Assembly: GCA_029976705.1 (NCBI GenBank)
Contig: JARVCM010000013.1
Span: 5,612 to 69,611, forward strand
Source: Mollicutes bacterium
Lineage (GTDB): Bacteria; Bacillota_I; Bacilli_A; Mycoplasmatales; MT37
DNA length: 64,000 nt
Reading direction: 5' to 3'
The notes beneath the pieces were generated by a model that was not told the DNA's origin, searched no databases, and saw only the letters and a program-made list of their open reading frames with translations. Made by a program: the position numbers and the translations under genes. Within the stretch, counting starts at the first letter, position 1, and every line of letters begins with the position of its first letter. Shown in pieces: positions 57,826 to 64,000 of this stretch.

Positions 57826-58498
57826 AATTATCATAACAAATAAAAATGCTAAAAAAGTTATCAAATTTGAAACTGAGCAAAAAAAATTCTTTTATCAAGA
57901 TTTTTTTTATATCAAAAAAGGTGTTTTTCTTCCGCGTTTTGAAAGTGAACAGTTATTAGATATAACAATTTCCTATATAAAAACACTTTTTCCCAAAAAA
58001 ATCAATATTTTAGAAGTTGGTTGTGGAAGCGGAGTTATAGCAATTAATTTAGCATTAACAAATCCGCTGTGAAAAGTGGATGGAGTAGATATTTCTCTTA
58101 AAGCGCTTAATTTATCTAAAAAAAATTTAAACTTACATCCTTTGCTAAAAGTTAATTTTAAAAAAAGTGATTTATTTCAAAACATCACAAAAAAATATCA
58201 TGTAATCATTGCCAATTTACCTTATGTAGAAAACACATTTCCTATTAAGCCTCAAATTTTAAAATGAGATCCTGTTTGCGCATTGTTTGCTGGTGTTGAT
58301 GGATTAAAATTACTAGATAAATTATTGCAACAAATCAATAAATATATTTATAAAAAATATTTAATTGCTTTAGAAATAGGCTATAAACAAAAAGAAGGAA
58401 TGATTAAATTAATTAAAAAACATTTACCCAAAAGTCATTTTATTTTTAAAAAAGATTATGCTCAAAAAATACGTTTTGTCTTTATTTACTTCCTATAA
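57809..58498 (+). CDS. prmC: release-factor glutamine N5-methyltransferase
   Basis: LEVGCGSGVIAINLA and IANLPY (NPPY-type) motifs. Overlaps the prfA end by 17 nt. Confidence 0.85.
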
Positions 58499-58603
58499 AT
58501 TGAAATAAAAATTTGCTTCGGTTAATTATTTTATTTTTTGTTGTTTTTGAGAGAAAAAGATAAAGAATATATAATATTTTATTAATAAACAAGTTAAATA
58601 ATC

Positions 58604-59473
58604 ATGAAAAAAAAAAAAATTTATCTTGGAAGTTTTGTAAGATTAAAACAACCCAGTTACTTAAGAGGAGTTGTTGAAGAGACTATTTCATATAATGGTA
58701 ATAGTTTTATGTTTTTTTTAGGCTCTCCACAACGTTTTCAAGTTGTAGATAAAAACAAATTAGACATCAAAATATTTGAAACATTATTAAAAAAATATCA
58801 AATTAATCGCAATAATGTTTTCGTTCATTTGCCGTATTTAATTAATTTAGCAAACTACAATAATCCCAGAGTTCTTCATAATTCCAAACAATTAATGAAA
58901 GCTAATTTAAAATTATGTGAATATTTACAAATCAAACGAGTTATTCTTCATCCAGGTTGTGCTTTGAAAAATAATCGTCGATTTTGTTTACAAAAAATTA
59001 CTGAACACTTAGATGAAATTTTAGAAGAATTTCCAAGCATTATTGTATGTTTAGAAACAATGTCAGGAAAAGGCAGTGAATTAGGCAGAAATTTTGATGA
59101 ATTAAAAATTATTATTGAAAAAAGCAAACACCCAAAACAAATCGCAGTTTGTTTTGATTTGTGTCATCTTTATTCTGCTGGATATGATTTAATTAAAAAT
59201 TGAGAAGGAATATTAAAAGAATTTGACGAAAAAATTGGTTTAGATAAACTGTTGGTGTGTCATATTAATGATTCCAAAACACCCTTTTATAGTCAAAAAG
59301 ATCGTCACGCCAATATTGGAAAAGGTCAAATTGGATTACAACCGATTCAAAAAATTATTCACGATTCAAAAATGGAAGGAAAAACAATGATTTTAGAAAC
59401 ACCTTATATTGATGAACAACCACCATATAAAGAAGAAATATCACTTTTGCTTAATTTAGATAATGAAAAATAA
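58604..59473 (+). CDS. nfo: endonuclease IV
   Basis: ILHPG, CLETMSGKGSELG, VCFDLCHLYSAGYD and HINDSK motifs. Confidence 0.9.
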
Positions 59474-59888
59474 ATTTCAACAGCGTTTAGAAATGATTAA
59501 TTTTTTTTATCATCATTTTGTGATGAATTTTCATGTAAAACAAACCTATAAATTTTTTGTTACTAAAAAAGACTTTAATGAATATCAAAAAAAAACAATT
59601 GTTTTTGCTTTTGTTAATTTTGCAGAAATTGTTGCTTTGATTGAAAAAAATTTAACTAGTAAATGAAGTTTTAACGAAATCGCTCATTTAGAAAAAAGTT
59701 TATTAATTATTGCTATTAGTGAATTTTATGAACAAAATTTACCTAAAAACATCATTATTAGTGAAGCAATTAAAATAATTCAAAAATTTAGTAACGGAAA
59801 TAGTTATGCTTATATTAACAAAATATTAGACAATACTCTCAATATTCAAAACAAAAAAAAATTATTTAATAAAAAATCTCCAATTTAA
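59463..59888 (+). CDS. nusB: NusB-like transcription antitermination factor
   Basis: 141 aa, helical. RLEMINFFYHH.. and ..IIISEAIKIIQKFSNGNSYAYINKILD resemble the NusB core. Confidence 0.6.
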
Positions 59889-59930
59889 AAGAAAAAAGAA
59901 TAAAATATTTTTTTGTAAAAAAATATAAAA

Positions 59931-61118
59931 ATGGAAAAAAATAACGATCAAGAAAAATTAACAACTGAAGCCGTTAGCGCAGGACATCCCGATAAAATTG
60001 CAGACCAAATTTCAGAAAAAATGTTGGATTTTTTTCTGGAAAAAGATGAAAACGCTCATGTTGCTTGTGAAGTTTTTGTCACTAAAAAATCAATTATTCT
60101 AGGTGGTGAAATTAAAACTAATTTTAAGATTGATGATCAAATTAAAGCAGAAATAAAACAACTTATTCAAGATTTACTGAAAAAAGAAATTGGATATAAC
60201 GAAACTAGTTGAAAGGAATTAAATAAATTAGAAATCAAATTTTTTTGAAATCAACAATCTGAAGAAATTGATCAAATGGTAAGCAAAAAAAATCATCAAG
60301 TTGGAGCTGGTGATAATTGTACTACGTTTGGTTATGCCAATAATGATAAAAATTATTTTCCTATTTTTCAAAATATTGCTAATAATATTTTACAAAAAAT
60401 TCATCTTTGAAGAAAAAAAGAATTGAAATGACAAAGATTATTGCAATTTGCTCCAGATGGCAAAATACAAATTATTTATCAAGAAGACAAAATCATAGAA
60501 ATAGTTCTTTGTCAACAAGTGCTAAAAAATTGAACTCCAAAACAAAAAGAAGAAAATAAAAAAATTATTCGTGAAAAAATCATAAAACCTATTTTGATTC
60601 TTTTTGAATTTAAAGAATTTAATTTTGATTTAAAAATTATTGATTTTCAATTGGGTGGTCCAGCATCAGATACTGGTTTGACAGGAAGAAAAATCATTGT
60701 TGATAGTTATGGAACCGGAATCCCTCATGGTGGAGGTTGCTTAGCAGGCAAAGATCCAAGCAAAACTGATAAAAGTTTAAGTTTATTTGCTCGTTATGTC
60801 GCCAAACACATTGTTGCTTTAGGTTTGGCAGAAGAAATTACAATTCAAATTAGTTCAATAATTGGTAAACCCGAATTAGTAAACATTACATGTTTAAAAA
60901 ATGATGCATTTACACACAACAAAAAATTAATTAAAAGGATTATTCGTAAATTTTTTTGATGAGATTTAGAAAAAATCATCAACAAACTAGACCTCAAACA
61001 ACAAAAATATTTTCCTTTTTCTAAATATGGTTATTTTGGTAGTTTACACAAAGAACCTTCTTGAGAAAAATTAGATTTGTTAAAAAAAATTAAAACAGAA
61101 TTGAATAAATTTACCTAA
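59931..61118 (+). CDS. metK: S-adenosylmethionine synthetase
   Basis: [24 protein letters not shown], and [38 protein letters not shown]. Confidence 0.92.
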
Positions 61119-61213
61119 ATTTATTTTACTTTTGCTTTTTTAAATTATTAAAAATATGATAAAATTACTACTTTTCTCGTTTATATAAAAAGCAGAAAAT
61201 TAAAAATTATAAA

Positions 61214-61510
61214 ATGGAATTAAGAATAATATTAACAATTGCTGTTATTTATGGGGGCGTTTTTTTAGTCATTCTGGCTTGTGCTGTCTACGCTATTTGT
61301 AATTTAAAAATGATCAATAAAAATCAACGTGACCGAGAACAATTAACGAAAGAAATTTTAAAAAACAGCAACAAAATAACTAAAAATAAAATAGATGATG
61401 ATAAAAAAGTAATAAAAAATAAAATAAAAGATGGAATAAATATGACAAAAAGTAAGATAAAAATTGCAATAAAAACGACTAAAAATAAGATAAAAAATAT
61501 AAATGAATAA
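61214..61510 (+). CDS. small N-terminally anchored Lys/Asn-rich protein with TKNKI repeats
   Basis: TM IILTIAVIYGGVFLVILACAVYAI, then KITKNKI..VIKNKIK..TKSKIK..TTKNKIKN. The stop overlaps the start of the next gene (atgaataa). Confidence 0.5.
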   Translation: MELRIILTIAVIYGGVFLVILACAVYAICNLKMINKNQRDREQLTKEILKNSNKITKNKIDDDKKVIKNKIKDGINMTKSKIKIAIKTTKNKIKNINE

Positions 61511-63176
61511 AAAAGAAACAAAATTTTCAGCAATTGGGTTCATTTTTGCCAGCATTGGAGCAGCCGTTGGATTAGGAAATATTTGAAGATTTCCAGAAAA
61601 AATGGTTAATGGTGGCGGATCGTCATTTATCATCATTTATTTTTTAATATTGTTGATGGTATGTCTACCTATTTTTATTTTAGAGTTAAATTATGGTGTG
61701 TTTTTTGGCAAGGGGGTTGTTAAATGTTTTGCTAAAAACAATCGTTTTATTGGTAGCGCTGCAGGATGAAAGCAAACAATGTTAATTACATTTCTTTCTT
61801 TCTTTTATTTAGTAGTTATTGCTTGAATTGGAATTGGTTTTGTTTTAAGTTTTATTCCTATGTTTTTCAAAGATTGATCTGGTGATGGTCTTTGGTTTGA
61901 TAACACTATTTTAAAAAGTGCCAGCACTAAAGAACAAGAGATAAGTAATATTAGTAGTTTAAAATTCTCACCTTGAGTGTTTCTTTCAATTGTGATTATT
62001 TTACTTATTGTCTTGACAATAATGTCAGCAGGATTAAAAAACGGATTAGAAAAAGCAAATTATATTTTTGTTCCAGGGTTGTTTGTAATATTAGTTGGTT
62101 TAACGGTTTATAGTCTCTTTTTTCTTAAAGACGGAAAAGTAGGGGCTGAAGTATTGTTTGATTTTGATTTTAAAAAAATGAATAACGGAAAAATTTGATT
62201 TGAAGCAACAAAACAAGGTATTTTTTCTACAGGAATTCTTATTGGTATTTTAATTGTTTTTTCCAAAAAAGCCGATGTAAGAATGGACAAAAATAATGAA
62301 GCGATTTTAGTAGTTTTGTTTGATACTTTTATTGCTTTAATTGCTGGTTTATTAGTTGTTAGTCTAATTAGTCATGACGTTGGAAGTGAAATTGATAAAG
62401 AAAAACAATTAGTCGGAAATGAGAGAACGCAAGAAATAATTAAACAAGTTAAAAATAAATTTGGCAAAGACAGCAGTTTGGGGGGATCACAATTATTATT
62501 TGTTTATTTGCCAAAACTATTTGGATCAATGAACAGCAAAGGCATTAGTTTCGGAGCTGGTAATTTATTAATGATGAGCTTTACAATCACACTATTATTT
62601 GCAGCACTATCTTCAATTATTGCCATGGCGGAAGTTTCTGTAGACGGTTTACAAGAAAACTTTCAAATCAAAAAACGCAACAGTATTATAATATTTGGAG
62701 TTTTTGCTTTGATTTTTATTAGTTTTTACTCAACATCCATCGGTCCGGCGTTAGTTGGTAAACAAGACGGCATTGTTTTATTGTTTATTACAATTGTTGG
62801 TGTTGTTCAATTACTAATTTTTATTACTAGTCCTAAATATTTTGAAGTAATACAAACCAACAGCAAGTACACTTTTTTAAAATTAAATCGTTTTAATTGA
62901 TTAAGAGTTCTTACTTGCACCATTACGATTCCTTTCTTAATCATTTTAAGTATTTTTGGAATATTAGATATTTCTGGTGTCAACCATATCTTGGCACGCG
63001 ATCATTCAGAATATGTTGATTGATTAGGATTAAATACAAAAAACACCAGCAAATTTACCTTTAACTTACCACAATTGATTTCTTTCATTATGTTTGGAGT
63101 GTCCACTCTCTTGACTGGTTTATTTGTCATTTTAGGTTCATTAAAAATGTTTAACAAAAAAACAATTACAAAATAA
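61503..63176 (+). CDS. sodium-dependent transporter, NSS/SNF family
   Basis: AAVGLGNIWRFP signature. Polytopic, 557 codons open in code 4. Confidence 0.87.
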
Positions 63177-63188
63177 AATTTATCAGCA

Positions 63189-64000
63189 ATGGTAAAAACA
63201 CTTATTAAAAATTGATTAAAAAATAAGTATATATCTTTAAAAGACAAAGATACTGTTAACAATTGAAATACAACGCAACAAAAGCAATATTTTAGTTCAT
63301 TACTTCAAATCAAAAACGGATTTCGCGCACCAATGGAATTGGGAACCAACGCTTTTAACAAATATACAATTAAAATTATTATTATTGCTTTTTGAAAAAA
63401 ACTTAATTCACCCATTGGAGAAAAAGTAGTAATTTGTCACGATCAAAGAAAATGATCAAAAACAATTAGTCAAGAAATCGGACAAACACTGCAAAATTTA
63501 GGCATGCAAGTTTCTTTTTTTGCTAATAATTCTCCTGTTCCGGTACCATTTTTAAGTTATTTATTAAAAAACAATGATAGTTATCATCACGGAATTATGA
63601 TTACCGCTAGTCATAATCAAAAAAACATTAATGGTATTAAATTAATGAACAAAAACGGCTTTCAATGAACTCAAAAACAATGAAAGGAACTTGCCACATT
63701 AATTGAAAAACATTATTGAACATTTCTTAGTTATGAAATTACTGCTCAAAAAACAAATTTTTCTAGAATCAACTCTTTAGAAAAAACAAAATATTTAAAA
63801 AAAATTAAAACAAATTATCCTAACAATTTCCTTCCTAAAATTACTGTTTTGTTTTCTTCTTTACATGGAACAACATATGGTTGAACCAATCAACTTTTGC
63901 AAGAAGCTGGTTATAAAGTTTATTCAGTTGCCAAACAATGTCAAAAAAATGCTAATTTTCCTACACTTGATGATCCTAATCCAGAAAATGATAAAACTTT
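63189..64000 (+). CDS. phosphohexomutase (phosphomannomutase/phosphoglucomutase family), 5' part
   Basis: GIMITASHNQKNINGIKL active-site serine loop. The gene runs off the window end. Confidence 0.8.

Noticed and set aside
61324-61636. Minus-strand ORFs (69 and 92 aa) rich in Phe/Ile
   Set aside because: They are the antisense of the Lys/Asn-rich repeat ORF and the transporter start. AAA/AAT codons mirrored give TTT/ATT runs, so this is a compositional artefact.
1-64000. Search for tRNA, rRNA, tmRNA, SRP RNA, CRISPR arrays, transposases, integrases, restriction-modification or other defence genes
   Set aside because: None was recognised by eye. I saw no GTTCGAATC-type T-loops in spacer regions, no regularly spaced direct repeats and no transposase or integrase motifs. 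Small structured RNAs could still be missed without covariance-model scanning.

Overview
AT-rich, gene-dense chromosomal window that only reads sensibly with genetic code 4 (TGA = Trp). Nearly every conserved gene is cut into pieces at TGA in the supplied track and becomes one full-length ORF when TGA is read as Trp, for example GGQ-W-GDEGKGK in PurA and GLGNI-W-RFP in the NSS transporter. Together with an RNase Y / RNase J / HU / PrkC-PrpC / FtsZ-SepF-GpsB gene set and a type-B RNase P RNA, this points to a Mollicutes-like (wall-less Firmicute-derived) reduced genome. I cannot name the species.

The content is almost all housekeeping:
- Ribosomal proteins: S18, S6, L31, L7/L12, L10, L32, L35, L20.
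- Aminoacyl-tRNA synthetases: gltX, pheST, ileS, metG, thrS, asnS.
- Division genes: ftsA-like, ftsZ, sepF, gpsB.
- RNA and DNA metabolism: rny, rnj, rnhC, recA, ssb, hup, rmuC, nfo.
- A marked concentration of nucleotide-salvage genes: prs, purA, purB, two hpt, gmk, cmk, tdk, pdp, ppa, and an HD-domain hydrolase.

I found one RNA gene (rnpB) and no tRNA, rRNA, CRISPR array, intact mobile element or recognisable defence system.

Points worth a second look:
1. A self-contained promoter / SD / terminator unit encoding a 30-aa peptide with 11 cysteines, just upstream of prfA.
2. Three adjacent-gene fusions with no stop between the partners: Pth-PurA, Cmk-Der and RsmD-Gmk. The Der part also lacks its KH domain.
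3. An 18-bp perfect inverted repeat bracketing about 230 bp. It contains a C-terminal extension of ppa and an SD-preceded 29-aa hydrophobic micro-ORF.
4. A roughly 2-kb gene desert that looks like a decaying tandem array of paralogues of the neighbouring doubly anchored repeat protein, with 10-bp tandem repeats in that gene's promoter region.
5. A ThrRS that lacks the whole N-terminal TGS/editing region.

All coordinates were derived by hand translation. Start codons are less certain than stops.
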